64,000 nt of DNA from a bacterium. GTDB lineage: Bacteria; UBA8248. The DNA is taken from the NCBI GenBank assembly GCA_965204535.1, contig OZ241996.1:480001-544000 (forward strand), in the 5' to 3' direction. Position numbers and translations under genes: made by a program. Under the pieces are notes generated by a model. That model saw nothing but the letters and a program-made list of their open reading frames with translations, was not told the origin of the DNA and ran no database searches. Below, piece after piece: positions 29,857-39,570 of this stretch; the first letter of the stretch is position 1; each line of letters opens with the position of its first letter.

Positions 29857-30651
29857 ATGAACATAGAAGACGTGCGCGCCATCGCGCGCGGCAGCAGAGT
29901 GTTCGATTTAGGGGTAGAGCTTTTCCCCGGAATGCCCCACGTGCCGCTCCACGGCCCGTTCGGGTATTCGATGATCAGGGAGCACGGCGACTTCATGTAC
30001 GCGGGCGGGGCGTGCTCGGCGGTGGATACGTTCTTCTGCACCGGCCATACGGGCACGCACATCGACGCGCTCGGCCACGTCGCGCGGGACATGAAGCTCC
30101 ACGGCGGCCTGGACGTAGCCGGGCATCAGAGCAAGACCGGGGGTCTGAAGGCCCACGGGGTCGAGAGTGTCGCGCCCGTGGTGCGGCGCGGCGTGATGAT
30201 CGACATGGCGGCATACCTCAAAAAAGACGTTTTAGAGGCGGGCCGGCCCATAACGAAAGAAGAACTGGGAACCGCCGCCGCAGCCCAGGGCGTCAGGATA
30301 GAAGAGGGCGACGTCGTCCTCGTACGCACGGGCCACATGCGCCACTGGCCGGGCCGGAACTATTATCACCAGAAAGGCGGCGTGCCCGGAATCGACCTCG
30401 AAGCCGCCAAATGGCTCTCGGATCAAGGAATCTTCATGGCGGGGAGCGATAACTTCGCCGTCGAGGTGCTGCCCGCCCCCTCCCTGCCGGTGCACTGCCA
30501 CATGCTGGTGGACTGCGGCATCCATCTACTCGAAGTCGCCGTGCTGGAGGAGTTGAGCAAAGCCCGCGCGCATGAGTTTCTCTTCGTCTGTCTGCCGCTC
30601 AAGGTGCGCGGCGGCACGGGCTCGCCCGTCCGTCCCGTGGCCATCCTGTAA
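29857..30651 (+). CDS. Cyclase family (kynurenine-formamidase-like) metal hydrolase
   Basis: HTGTHIDALGH, GDVVLVRTG and GGTGSPVRP. Confidence 0.9.
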   Translation: MNIEDVRAIARGSRVFDLGVELFPGMPHVPLHGPFGYSMIREHGDFMYAGGACSAVDTFFCTGHTGTHIDALGHVARDMKLHGGLDVAGHQSKTGGLKAHGVESVAPVVRRGVMIDMAAYLKKDVLEAGRPITKEELGTAAAAQGVRIEEGDVVLVRTGHMRHWPGRNYYHQKGGVPGIDLEAAKWLSDQGIFMAGSDNFAVEVLPAPSLPVHCHMLVDCGIHLLEVAVLEELSKARAHEFLFVCLPLKVRGGTGSPVRPVAIL

Positions 30652-30680
30652 GCGTCTCTTCCGTTTCCGGTGAGATAGCC

Positions 30681-31928
30681 ATGCCCCGCGTGTTCGAGGA
30701 CAGGGCCAAAGCGCTTCTGAGCGATGCGGGTGTGCGCGTCCCCAAGGGACGCTCCGTAACGACGCCGGAAGAGGCGGCGGAGGCGGCGCGCGCGATAGGC
30801 GCTCCCCTCATGGTGAAGGCCCTGGTTCCCGCCGGAAAGCGCGGCAAGGCGGGGGCGATTCTCGTTGCCGATACGCCAGGTGATGCTGAGGATGCGGCAA
30901 GGAAACTCCTGGGCCGCGTCGTGCATCATTTCCCCGTGAGACGCCTGCTGGTGGAGGAAAGGGTCGCGATTGCGCAGGAGTGGTATCTCTCGGTCGCCTT
31001 CGACAGCGCATCGCGCGGGCCGCTCGTCATGTTCAGCACCGAGGGCGGCGTGGAGATAGAGGCGCTTTTAGAAGATAACCCGGACGCCTTAAAACGGCTC
31101 GAAGTCGATATATTAGACGGCCTGAGCGAGGAGCGGTGCATCTCCTTTTTGCGCGCGATAGGCGTGCACGGGGAGGGCCTCTACCGCGCAGCGATGGCCA
31201 TCGAGGCCTGTTACGCGCTCTTCCGGCGCACCGATGCGCGGCTTCTGGAGGTGAATCCGCTCGTCCTGAGCGATAAGGATGAGGTTATCGCCGCCGCGTG
31301 CGTGCTCGACCTGGACGCGGACGCCCTGTTCCGCCATCCCGAACTGGGAGCGCTGCTTGATGATGATTCAGGCGGCGGCTGGCGTCCGCCCACCCCGGTG
31401 GAGGCGAGGGTCGCCGAGATAGACGCGGGGATCCCTCCATACAACACGGCGCGCTTCACGGAGATCGAAGGCGGGGAAATCGCCCTCATGTGGAGCGGGG
31501 GCGGGGGCGGCCTGTATCTGCTCGACACGATGGCGCGCCTGGGCGGCAGGCCCGCGACGGCGTTCGACATCACGCCCGGCCCGCTGGAGGAGAAGTATTA
31601 CGAGATCACCAAAGAAATCCTCCGTATGCCGAACGTGAAGGGCGCGCTTGCGGGCAGCAACATCACGAGTTTCTCGCGCGTCCAGCTCAAAGTCCGCGCC
31701 ATCGCCCGCGCGGTGGAGGAAACGGGGGTCGATTTGGTGAAATTCCCCTTCATCGTGCGCTTCGCGGGCGCGGGCGGGGAGGAGGCGCGGGAGATCGCCG
31801 CAGGCTGTCTGGGCCTTCAGTATCTGGGCGATGAGGTGACGCTCGAAGAGACCGCCGAGCGCATCGTCGCCCAGGTGGAAGCCGTGAAGCGCGGGGAGCC
31901 GTGGATGAGCGCGGGAGGCGCCCCATGA
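30681..31928 (+). CDS. Succinyl-CoA-synthetase-beta-like ATP-grasp CoA ligase subunit (divergent)
   Basis: VKALV..GKRGKAG, GGVEIE, LEVNPL and DADALFRH. Confidence 0.85.
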   Translation: MPRVFEDRAKALLSDAGVRVPKGRSVTTPEEAAEAARAIGAPLMVKALVPAGKRGKAGAILVADTPGDAEDAARKLLGRVVHHFPVRRLLVEERVAIAQEWYLSVAFDSASRGPLVMFSTEGGVEIEALLEDNPDALKRLEVDILDGLSEERCISFLRAIGVHGEGLYRAAMAIEACYALFRRTDARLLEVNPLVLSDKDEVIAAACVLDLDADALFRHPELGALLDDDSGGGWRPPTPVEARVAEIDAGIPPYNTARFTEIEGGEIALMWSGGGGGLYLLDTMARLGGRPATAFDITPGPLEEKYYEITKEILRMPNVKGALAGSNITSFSRVQLKVRAIARAVEETGVDLVKFPFIVRFAGAGGEEAREIAAGCLGLQYLGDEVTLEETAERIVAQVEAVKRGEPWMSAGGAP

Positions 31929-32842
31929 GCATTCTCCTCGATGAGACCACGCGCGTCGTCGTGGCCGGCATCACCGGCTGGCAGGCGCGCGCCCACACAG
32001 GCTTCATGCGCGCGTACGGCACGAATGTGGTGGCCGGCGTTGTGCCCGGACGTGCGGGCGAGGATTGCGACGGCGTGCCCGTCTATGACTCGTTCGCCAC
32101 AGCCTTGGAAGCGCATCCGGCTGACGCCGCCGTCCTGTTCGTGCCGGCCGCCGCCGCGGCGGAATCGGCGATAGAGGCGGCGGGCGCGGGCGTTGGCATG
32201 ATCCTCGTATGCGCTGAGGGCGTTTCCCAGCACGACGTGGCGCGGATGATCGCCCATGCGCGGCGCGCGGGGGTGCGGCTCGTGGGGCCCAACAGCCAGG
32301 GAATCATCAGCCCCGGGCGCGCCAAGATGGGCGGTACGGGTGGTGAGCTGCCCGTCACGAACCTCCTGTTCCGGCGCGGGCCGGTGGGCGTTTTGAGCAG
32401 GAGCGGGGGCATGGGCAGCGAGACCTGCTGGCTCCTGACGCGCGAGGGAATCGGCCAGAGCACCTACGTGAGCGTGGGGGGCGACGCGATGGTGGGCGCG
32501 CCTTTTTCGGAACTCATGCCGTTGTTCGAGGAGGACCCCGATACGGCGTGCGCCGTCCTGTTCGGCGAGCCGGGCTCGTGCGCCGAAGAAGACGCGGCGC
32601 GCCTGATGGGGGAGGGCGGCTTCACCAAGCCCGTGGTCGCCTTCATCGCGGGGATGGTGAACGAGTCCGCTCCGCAGGGGGTGAGCTTCGGCCACGCGGC
32701 GGCCATCATCGAGCGCGGCGAGGGTTCGCCCGCGCGGAAAAAGGCGCTGTTAAGAGAAGCGGGCGCCGCCGTGGTGGAGGACATGCGCGAGATTCCCGCC
32801 GCCGTGCGCGATGCCTTGGGCGCTGGATTTTCTCGCCCTTAG
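31925..32842 (+). CDS. Succinyl-CoA-synthetase-alpha-like subunit
   Basis: GITG, YGTNVVAGV.PG, GPNS, SRSGG and SFGHAAA phospho-His motif. Confidence 0.88.
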   Translation: MSILLDETTRVVVAGITGWQARAHTGFMRAYGTNVVAGVVPGRAGEDCDGVPVYDSFATALEAHPADAAVLFVPAAAAAESAIEAAGAGVGMILVCAEGVSQHDVARMIAHARRAGVRLVGPNSQGIISPGRAKMGGTGGELPVTNLLFRRGPVGVLSRSGGMGSETCWLLTREGIGQSTYVSVGGDAMVGAPFSELMPLFEEDPDTACAVLFGEPGSCAEEDAARLMGEGGFTKPVVAFIAGMVNESAPQGVSFGHAAAIIERGEGSPARKKALLREAGAAVVEDMREIPAAVRDALGAGFSRP

Positions 32843-32951
32843 CTGGTAAGCCTATCCGGGATTTTCCCGGCATGAAGGTCCTGGTTTCGCCGCGTGGGGT
32901 GAGGAAATACGGGGCGGGCCGATGTATCCGTCCTTATGGCGAGAGGATTAC

Positions 32952-32980
32952 CGTAGGGACAGGTCGCGACCTGTCCCTAC
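32952..32980. repeat. GTAG-family REP palindrome (related copies near 5296, 5381, 7203, 7270, 9930, 13021, 13102, 39752-39822, 48489-48560, 52560, 53072-53146, 57068-57243, 57460 and 62446)
   Basis: GTAGGGACAGGTCGCGACCTGTCCCTAC; GTAG foot plus GC palindrome, often in inverted doublets. Confidence 0.85.
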
Positions 32981-33102
32981 CCCGCATCCCCGTTATTCCC
33001 GCTTCCGACGTCCGGGGAGCGATTTGGATTGCATAGAATGCCGAGGCGGAAGAGGCATCCTTGGCGATACATTTTTTTGAATTTGACAAGGAGAAATTGC
33101 AA

Positions 33103-34782
33103 ATGCCGAAAATGACAGGCGCCCAGGTCATGGCCGAGATGCTCAAGGGCTATGGCGTTACGCACACTTTTCTGGTTCCCGCCGTGCTCAGGCGCTCGAT
33201 GGCCGAGATGGAAGAGCGCACGAACATCGCCCGCATCCAGACGCACGGCGAGAAATCCGCCGCCTACATGGCGGACGGCTACGCCCGCGCGGGCAAGAAG
33301 CCGGGCGTCTGCATGGCGCAGGTCATCGGCGCGCTGAACCTGGCGGCGGGCCTGCGGGACGCCTATCTGGCGAAGGCTCCCGTCCTGGCCTTCACGGGCG
33401 GGCGCGTGCCCGAAACCAAGTTCCGCAAGGTCTACCAGGAGGTGGACGACGTTCCCGCCTTTGAGCCGGTGACGAAGTTCAACGCCACGGTGGACGACGC
33501 CTCGCGCTTCCCGGACATGCTGCGCCAGGCCTTCCGCGCCGCCATGTCGGGTTGTCCGGGCCCCGTGCACCTGCAATTCGCCGGAAACGAGGGCCAGCTC
33601 GACATCGAAGAGGCCGAGATGGAGGTGATCATCGAGGAAGACTTCAAGGAGCTTCCCCCCTACCGGCCCGAACCGGAAATGGCGCGCGTGAAAAAAGCGG
33701 TCGAGTTGCTCGAAAAGGCCGAACGCCCCGTCATCGTATCGGGCGGCGGCGTGCGCTCATCGGGCGCTTCCAAAGAACTCATCGCCCTGGCCGAGAAGCT
33801 GAACATCCCGGTGGCGACGTCGCTGAACGGCAAGGACAACATCCCCGGCAACCACCCGCTCTCGGTCGGCGTGGTGGGCACCTATTCGAGAAAGAGCGCG
33901 AACCGCGTCGTGAACGCGGCCGACCTCGTTTTCTTCGTCGGCACCGAGACGGGCGGCATGACGACCCACTTCTGGGCCGTACCGCCCATCGGAACGCCCG
34001 CGATTCAACTCGACATCGAACCCGAAGCGCTTGCGCGGAACTATCCCTTACAGGCCGCCGTCCTGGGCGACGCGAAAGTGAGCCTCCAGAAGATGATCGA
34101 TGCGGCGAGCGGTGATTCCGCCGCCTCGCGCGCGGGCTGGGTGGAGCGGGCGCAAGCGTTCGTGCAAGGCTGGCGCGATGAGTTCACCGGGTATCTCGAA
34201 TCGGACGCCGCGCCTATGCGCCCCGAGCGCATCTGCCAGGAGTTGACGGATTCGCTGCCTTCGGACTGCGTCGTGCTGGCCGACACGGGCCACTCGGGCA
34301 TGTGGATGGGCGGCATGTACGACCTCTCGCACCCGGATCAGAGCTACATGCGGAGCGCAGGCCACCTGGGCTGGGCCTTCTCGGCGGGACTGGGGGCGAA
34401 GTGCGCCGTACCGGAGCGGCCGGTGCTCACCTTCAACGGCGATTCGGGCTTCTGGTATCATCTGTCCGAGATCGAGACCGCGGTGCGCTGGAAGATAAAC
34501 GCCGTGACGCTGGTGAACAACAACGCCTCGGGCAACCAGTCGAAGCGCGGCTTCGACCGCGCCTACGGCGGCGAGCAGACGAAGCAGGCGTATGAGCTAT
34601 GGATGCTGAACGAGGTGAATTTCGCCGAGATCGCCGAATCCATGGGCGCGCTGGGCATCCGGGTGGAAAAACCGGGCGAACTTAAGAGCGCGCTCGACCG
34701 GGCCTTCAGCGCGAACCGGCCCGTCGTCATCGACTGCGTGAGCGATATCGAGGCCATGGCGCCGCTGGCTGTTACGGAGTGA
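33103..34782 (+). CDS. Thiamine-pyrophosphate-dependent enzyme (acetolactate-synthase-like)
   Basis: HGEKSAAYMADGYAR, PGPVHL and GDSG...NN TPP motif. Confidence 0.92.
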   Translation: MPKMTGAQVMAEMLKGYGVTHTFLVPAVLRRSMAEMEERTNIARIQTHGEKSAAYMADGYARAGKKPGVCMAQVIGALNLAAGLRDAYLAKAPVLAFTGGRVPETKFRKVYQEVDDVPAFEPVTKFNATVDDASRFPDMLRQAFRAAMSGCPGPVHLQFAGNEGQLDIEEAEMEVIIEEDFKELPPYRPEPEMARVKKAVELLEKAERPVIVSGGGVRSSGASKELIALAEKLNIPVATSLNGKDNIPGNHPLSVGVVGTYSRKSANRVVNAADLVFFVGTETGGMTTHFWAVPPIGTPAIQLDIEPEALARNYPLQAAVLGDAKVSLQKMIDAASGDSAASRAGWVERAQAFVQGWRDEFTGYLESDAAPMRPERICQELTDSLPSDCVVLADTGHSGMWMGGMYDLSHPDQSYMRSAGHLGWAFSAGLGAKCAVPERPVLTFNGDSGFWYHLSEIETAVRWKINAVTLVNNNASGNQSKRGFDRAYGGEQTKQAYELWMLNEVNFAEIAESMGALGIRVEKPGELKSALDRAFSANRPVVIDCVSDIEAMAPLAVTE

Positions 34783-35582
34783 TGGGTATTTTTCTGATAG
34801 GGGTCGATTGCGCGACGGAACCAAAGAAGACAGGTCTTGCTCGGGCTAAGTTCGACGGGGGGAATTGCTGTCTTCTGGATGTGAAAATGGGATCGACTGA
34901 CGTGGCGGGCCAGTTGTGTGAATGGATAAGCGACGACTCTCCAACTCTTCTCGCACTCGACGCTCCTTTGGGGTGGCCGGACGGTTTTGGGAGTAAGTTG
35001 GCAAGTCACAAAGCTGGTCAAACAATCAAGAGAACTTGTCGGGAAGTATTCTTTGATCGCGAAACGGATCGTGTTGTCCGTAAGGAGTCAGGACAAAAGC
35101 CGCTCAGTGTGGGTGCTGACAGGATCGCGCGAACCTCTTTTGTCGCCTTGGAGATTCTCGAAAAAGTTCGGCAAAACCAGAAAAGCAAGGGGCAGGATAT
35201 ATCCATAGCTTGGACCCCGGAAATTCAGGGCGTGCAGGCGATAGAGGTCTATCCCGCCGCCACTCTGAAAATGTATGAATACCCGAACAAGGGTTATAAA
35301 AAGCAAGGGAACATTGACCAGCGAAAAATCCGAGAAGAGATTACCAATAAGCTATGTAAGCATTTTAAGCCTAGAATTAAACAATCTTTACAAGATCGAA
35401 TGCTAGATGACCCTGACGCTTTGGATGCCGTTGTCTGTATTCTCGCAGCGTTAGATTTCCTGGTAGGTGATGCAATAGGGCCAGAAAACGGCCGAGAACG
35501 GAAGAGGGCCGAAAAGGAAGGCTGGATTTGGTTCAGGCGCGAACTTTTCGAGCGAGCTTCCTCCCCAGAAACGCGCGCGTGA
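34782..35582 (+). CDS. DUF429 predicted RNase-H-like nuclease
   Basis: IGVDCA, LDAPLGWP, RETD, IEVYPAA, DALDA and EGWIW; lower GC than neighbours. Confidence 0.8.
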   Translation: MGIFLIGVDCATEPKKTGLARAKFDGGNCCLLDVKMGSTDVAGQLCEWISDDSPTLLALDAPLGWPDGFGSKLASHKAGQTIKRTCREVFFDRETDRVVRKESGQKPLSVGADRIARTSFVALEILEKVRQNQKSKGQDISIAWTPEIQGVQAIEVYPAATLKMYEYPNKGYKKQGNIDQRKIREEITNKLCKHFKPRIKQSLQDRMLDDPDALDAVVCILAALDFLVGDAIGPENGRERKRAEKEGWIWFRRELFERASSPETRA

Positions 35583-36387
35583 CGCGGATGAAGGCGTCGG
35601 GTTCGTCCATGAAGACGTGGTGGTGCGCGCCCGGGATGACGGCGGTCTCCACGTGGGAGACTTTCTCGCGCACCCATTCGAGGGAATCCGATTTCAGCCG
35701 ATCCGATAGTTCTCCCGCCACGAGGAGGGCGGGCGTCTCGACGCGCAGCCAGCCGGCGCGCTGATCCGTCTCCGGGCGGGTGGCGTGAAAGCGCCTGTCC
35801 GCCTTGACCGTCCATCTGCCGTCGCCGTTTTGCCGCACGGCGTGGCGCGCGATGTGGGCGATGGTTTCGGGATTCACCTTGTCCGATGCGGGCAGGAGCC
35901 TGAATTTCTCCACGAACAGCTCCCGCGACGCCCAGGGTCTGGCGGGCCGGTTCCCGAAGGCGCGCACCTCGGCCAAGATCGCGTCCGTCGTCTTAAGCGG
36001 GGAATCCACGACGATGAGGCCTTCGATATCGGGCGGCTCGAGCGCGAAGAGGTTCAGCGCGATGACGCCGCCCATCGAATGGGCCAGCATCCAGGGTTTT
36101 CTCCCGCTCGCCTCTTTGGCCCATTCCACCCAGGCGGCCACGTCGCGCAGCAGGTCCTCGAAGATGTATTCATCCTGCCATCCGGTGTCCCCGTGGCCGC
36201 GGTGATCCGTCGCCACGGGCCGGAGCATGTCCCCGTAATGGGGGGCGATGTGATCCCACCAGCGCGCGTGCGCCGCCGCACCGTGCAGCATCAGGATGAC
36301 GGGCTTGTCCTCCCCCTCGACTCCGTGGTCCAGGGCGTGCAGCCGCACGCCGTCTCTTTCGATGAAAACGCTCTTCGGTTCCGACAT
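35533..36387 (-). CDS. Alpha/beta hydrolase
   Basis: LHG, DHRGHG, AHSMGG nucleophile elbow and AHHHV. Confidence 0.9.
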   Translation of the reverse strand: MSEPKSVFIERDGVRLHALDHGVEGEDKPVILMLHGAAAHARWWDHIAPHYGDMLRPVATDHRGHGDTGWQDEYIFEDLLRDVAAWVEWAKEASGRKPWMLAHSMGGVIALNLFALEPPDIEGLIVVDSPLKTTDAILAEVRAFGNRPARPWASRELFVEKFRLLPASDKVNPETIAHIARHAVRQNGDGRWTVKADRRFHATRPETDQRAGWLRVETPALLVAGELSDRLKSDSLEWVREKVSHVETAVIPGAHHHVFMDEPDAFIRVTRAFLGRKLARKVRA

Positions 36388-36525
36388 TCGCTCTGGCTCC
36401 AGGTTTCGTGACGCCTTTCAGATTCCGGGGGAGAATCCACCATCAGCGCGGGAATGGCAAGCCTGATTGCATTTTCGGGTGTGTTTCAGGGGAGGGGCGG
36501 CGCTTGGGGGTTGCTAAAAAACCGT
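36387..36525. repeat. Copy 1 of a ~140-bp diverged direct repeat (hydrolase upstream region); copy 2 at 39571-39710
   Basis: Shared TTTCAGATTyCGGGGGAGAATCCAC...ATGGCAAGCC...TGTTTCAGGGGAGGGGCGG. Confidence 0.85.
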
Positions 36526-36614
36526 TAACGACCCCAACGGAGTTCTCCCTCCACCAGAGAATTTCAAATCAACTCCCCCCTTTAGGGGCACTACAACCCA
36601 AGCGGAGGGAAAAT

Positions 36615-36766
36615 TCACTCCCCCTTGAGGGGGAGTCGAAGAGCTGAGGGCGTATGCCCGCAAGCGAACCGGTGGGGGGGATAATTCGGAATGGCAACAA
36701 ACGCATTTTACCCCCCACCGATTCAGCCTTCGCACAAACCGCTCGGCTTCATCGACTCCCCCTCAA
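36615..36766. repeat. MITE-like family B element, split by the IS (remainder at 38283-38298)
   Basis: TCACTCCCCCTTGAGGGGGAGTCG ... CGACTCCCCCTCAA|GGGGGGAGTGA. Confidence 0.8.
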
Positions 36767-38282
36767 GGGGCTGTTGAAAAACCCCTGGTTTTGTGATCGT
36801 ATGGATGTATTCCCCCTCGCCCGAGATGGGAGTTCCGGAGATGTTGGACCGCAAGAGGCGCGAGCAGATGGACTTGTTCGTGGCCGGCCCGCTGGAGAAG
36901 TTGATTCCCGAAGATCACATATTGCGCCAGGTGGACCGCGTACTGGATTTGAGTTGGCTTCGCGAGGAAGTGGCGGAGTGCTATTGCGCGGACAACGGTC
37001 GACCGGGGATCGACCCGGAAGTGGTGATCCGGTTGATGCTGGCGGGCCTGCTGCTGGGCTACGCGGAGGATCGCCGCCTGCTGCGCGAGGCGCAGGCGCA
37101 TCTGGCGGTCCGGTGGTTCATCGGGTACAGGCTGGACGAGGATTTGCCGGATCATTCGAGCCTGACGCGTATCCGTCAACGCTGGGGGGAGGAGCGGTTC
37201 AAGGAGATATTTCGGCGCACGGTTCAGTCTTGCGTGGAGGCGAAGGTGGCGAAGGGAGAAGTGGTTCACATGGACGCGTCTTTGATACGCGCGGACGTGA
37301 GCTGGGAGAGTCTGGCGGAGCGCCACGCGGAGAAGGTGGTGCGGGAGAACGACTCGGAGGATGAGACGGGGAAGAAGGGCGGCGGCGGGGGTTCGGGTCC
37401 GGTGAGCCGAACGGACCCCGACGCGCGCCTGGCGCGCAAGAGCGCTCGGGCGGGGTTCGAGCCGAGCTATAAGCACCACGCGGTGGTGGACGACGAGCGT
37501 GGGGTGGTTCTCGACGTAGAGGTGACGGAGGGGACGTTGAACGAGCGGGAGATGATGGAGCCGCAGTTGGATGCGGTTTGCGAGCTCACGGGTCGCGCGC
37601 CCGCGGTGGTGACGGCGGATAGTGGTTATGCGTATTCGAAGGTGTACGGCGCATTGGAGCGTCGGGGGGTCGCCGCGCTGATACCGGCGAAGAAGGAACC
37701 CACCCAGAGCCGGGTGCCGTTGCAACTGTTCCGCTACGACGAGCGGAATGAGGTGGTGAAGTGTCCGGGGGGCAAGACGCTGCGCCCCCGGAAGGAGACG
37801 GAGCGGGGGCGCTGGTATGTATCGAGGACCCGCGATTGCGCGGGTTGCGCGCTCAAGGCCGATTGTCTGTCGGCGTCTCGCACGAGCAGGGCGGTTCTGA
37901 TTCCGCACGAGTATCCGGCGCTGTTGCGCGCGCGCCGTCGCCACGCGCGCCGGGGGGAGGAGGAGGGCCGGCTGTGGCGCCGCCACATGTCGCGTTCGGA
38001 GGGCTATCACGGCGAGGCGAAGAGTCGGCACGGACTGGCGCGGGCGGTACGCCGGGGTCTTGCGAACGTGAAGATCCAGGCCTACCTGACGGCGACTGCG
38101 GTGAACCTCAAGCGGCTCGCCGCCGCTGTGGCCGCGGGTTTATTCGCTCTGTGGCGGGCCTGGGCCGCCCGGAAACGCCGAATGAGCGCATATCGCGGCC
38201 TCACGCGCCGATTGGGCTTCCTCTCCCAGGCCGCGTGAGCCGCCATACATCCCGCTTCAAAACGAGGTTTTTCAACAGCCCC
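36767..38282 (+). mobile_element. IS1182-family insertion sequence, 1516 bp
   Basis: TIRs GGGGCTGTTGAAAAACC / GGTTTTTCAACAGCCCC; CTCAA duplicated at 36762-36766 and 38283-38287 (boundary ambiguous within the C/G runs). Confidence 0.9.
36841..38238 (+). CDS. IS1182-family DDE transposase
   Basis: LIPEDHILR, GRPGIDP, LPDHSSL, MDAS, TDPDA, ADSGY and E...EAK..HGL..A..RG. Confidence 0.92.
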   Translation: MLDRKRREQMDLFVAGPLEKLIPEDHILRQVDRVLDLSWLREEVAECYCADNGRPGIDPEVVIRLMLAGLLLGYAEDRRLLREAQAHLAVRWFIGYRLDEDLPDHSSLTRIRQRWGEERFKEIFRRTVQSCVEAKVAKGEVVHMDASLIRADVSWESLAERHAEKVVRENDSEDETGKKGGGGGSGPVSRTDPDARLARKSARAGFEPSYKHHAVVDDERGVVLDVEVTEGTLNEREMMEPQLDAVCELTGRAPAVVTADSGYAYSKVYGALERRGVAALIPAKKEPTQSRVPLQLFRYDERNEVVKCPGGKTLRPRKETERGRWYVSRTRDCAGCALKADCLSASRTSRAVLIPHEYPALLRARRRHARRGEEEGRLWRRHMSRSEGYHGEAKSRHGLARAVRRGLANVKIQAYLTATAVNLKRLAAAVAAGLFALWRAWAARKRRMSAYRGLTRRLGFLSQAA

Positions 38283-38355
38283 CTCAAGGGGGGAGTGAAA
38301 TCTAGCACGCTCGTTCTGTGGGTTTTTCAACAGCCTCTTGAAGCGCGCCCGCACT

Positions 38356-39015
38356 CTACTTGTCATCCCCTCCGGGCCAGACGGCTTTCGCCAGCCGCCA
38401 GCCGCAGAACGCGCCCACAAACTGGGCGATGACGAAGGGGATCGCGTCGAACGGCTGAATGCCCGAGAACGTGTTGGTGTAAACCCGTGCGATGGTGACC
38501 GCCGGGTTGGCGAAGCTGGTCGAGGCCGTGAACCAAAGCGCCGACATGATGTAGAGCCCCACCATGGCGGGGATGAGGGCGGCGTTCGTGCGCAGCCCGC
38601 CCAGGATGACGAATATCAGCCCCGCCGTCGCGATTACTTCCGCCGACCACTGGCCGATGCCCGCCCGCTGTTTCGCCGAGACCTGGGCGATGTCCAGGTC
38701 GAACATCAAGTGCGCGGCGAGCACGCCCAGGATGCCCGCGAGGAATTGCGTGGCGACGTAGGGCGCGGCCTCGCGCTGTTCCATATCCCCGTTCAAGGCG
38801 AAGACCATGGTGACCGCCGGGTTGAAGTGCGCGCCCGAGACCGGCCCGAGCAGGGTGATCATGACGAAGAGGATCGCGCCTATCGCCAGTGAGTGCGGCA
38901 GGAGCGCGGCGCCCGCCTGCCCGTTTGAGAGGGCGTCGCCCATGATGCCCGAGCCTGCGATGGCGGCGAGCAGAAACGCGGTTCCGATTGCTTCGGCAAG
39001 GAGTTTGCGGCCCAT
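38356..39015 (-). CDS. Aquaporin/MIP family channel (arsenic-associated type)
   Basis: SGAHFNPAVT and TSFANPAVT motifs; directly downstream of arsC. Confidence 0.9.
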   Translation of the reverse strand: MGRKLLAEAIGTAFLLAAIAGSGIMGDALSNGQAGAALLPHSLAIGAILFVMITLLGPVSGAHFNPAVTMVFALNGDMEQREAAPYVATQFLAGILGVLAAHLMFDLDIAQVSAKQRAGIGQWSAEVIATAGLIFVILGGLRTNAALIPAMVGLYIMSALWFTASTSFANPAVTIARVYTNTFSGIQPFDAIPFVIAQFVGAFCGWRLAKAVWPGGDDK

Positions 39016-39027
39016 CGGTTCAATCCC

Positions 39028-39504
39028 TCATATATGGCTGATGGCGTCCAGGCGCGCTTTCAGCGTCGCGCGGTCCATGTCTTCGAAGTCAAGGGCGAGA
39101 AAAGCGTTGATACGGGCGCTCAGGCGGTGGTAGGCGACCCGGAACGCCCGGTCTATCTCGGCTTCGGGCGCAGCGGCGGGGTCGTCCACCCCCCAGTGCG
39201 TCGTGAGCGGCGCGCCGGGCCAGACGGGGCAGGTCTCGCCCGCCGCCGAATCGCACACGGTGATGACGAGGTCCATTTGCGGGGCGCCTGCGGCGGCGAA
39301 CTCATCCCAGCTCTTGGAGCGGTAGCCCGCCGTCGGCAGACCCAGCCGCTCCAGCAGACGGACCGCGCCCGGATTCACCCGCCCGGCGGGTTTCGAGCCG
39401 GCCGAGTAGGCGCGCACCCTTCCCGCGCCGTCGCGGTTCAGGACGGCTTCGGCGAGTATCGAGCGCGCCGAGTTGCCCGTGCAGAGAACGAGAATATGGC
39501 GCAT
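39028..39504 (-). CDS. arsC: Arsenate reductase, LMW-PTPase type
   Basis: LCTGNSARS, SKSWDEF, ITVCD..AGETCPVWPG and HWG.DDP. Confidence 0.92.
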   Translation of the reverse strand: MRHILVLCTGNSARSILAEAVLNRDGAGRVRAYSAGSKPAGRVNPGAVRLLERLGLPTAGYRSKSWDEFAAAGAPQMDLVITVCDSAAGETCPVWPGAPLTTHWGVDDPAAAPEAEIDRAFRVAYHRLSARINAFLALDFEDMDRATLKARLDAISHI

Positions 39505-39570
39505 GGAATCTCCCTCGTCTCGTCGTTCGGAAGTCGAACGCTTTCGATGAGATAATCTTCTGTTTCAGGG

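Noticed and set aside
36763-38031. 422-aa antisense ORF in the IS and similar long shadow ORFs (7541-8836, 14926-16113, 27016-28353, 42287-43657, 58729-60093)
   Set aside because: They overlap well-supported genes and show no recognisable motifs; such ORFs are expected in high-GC DNA
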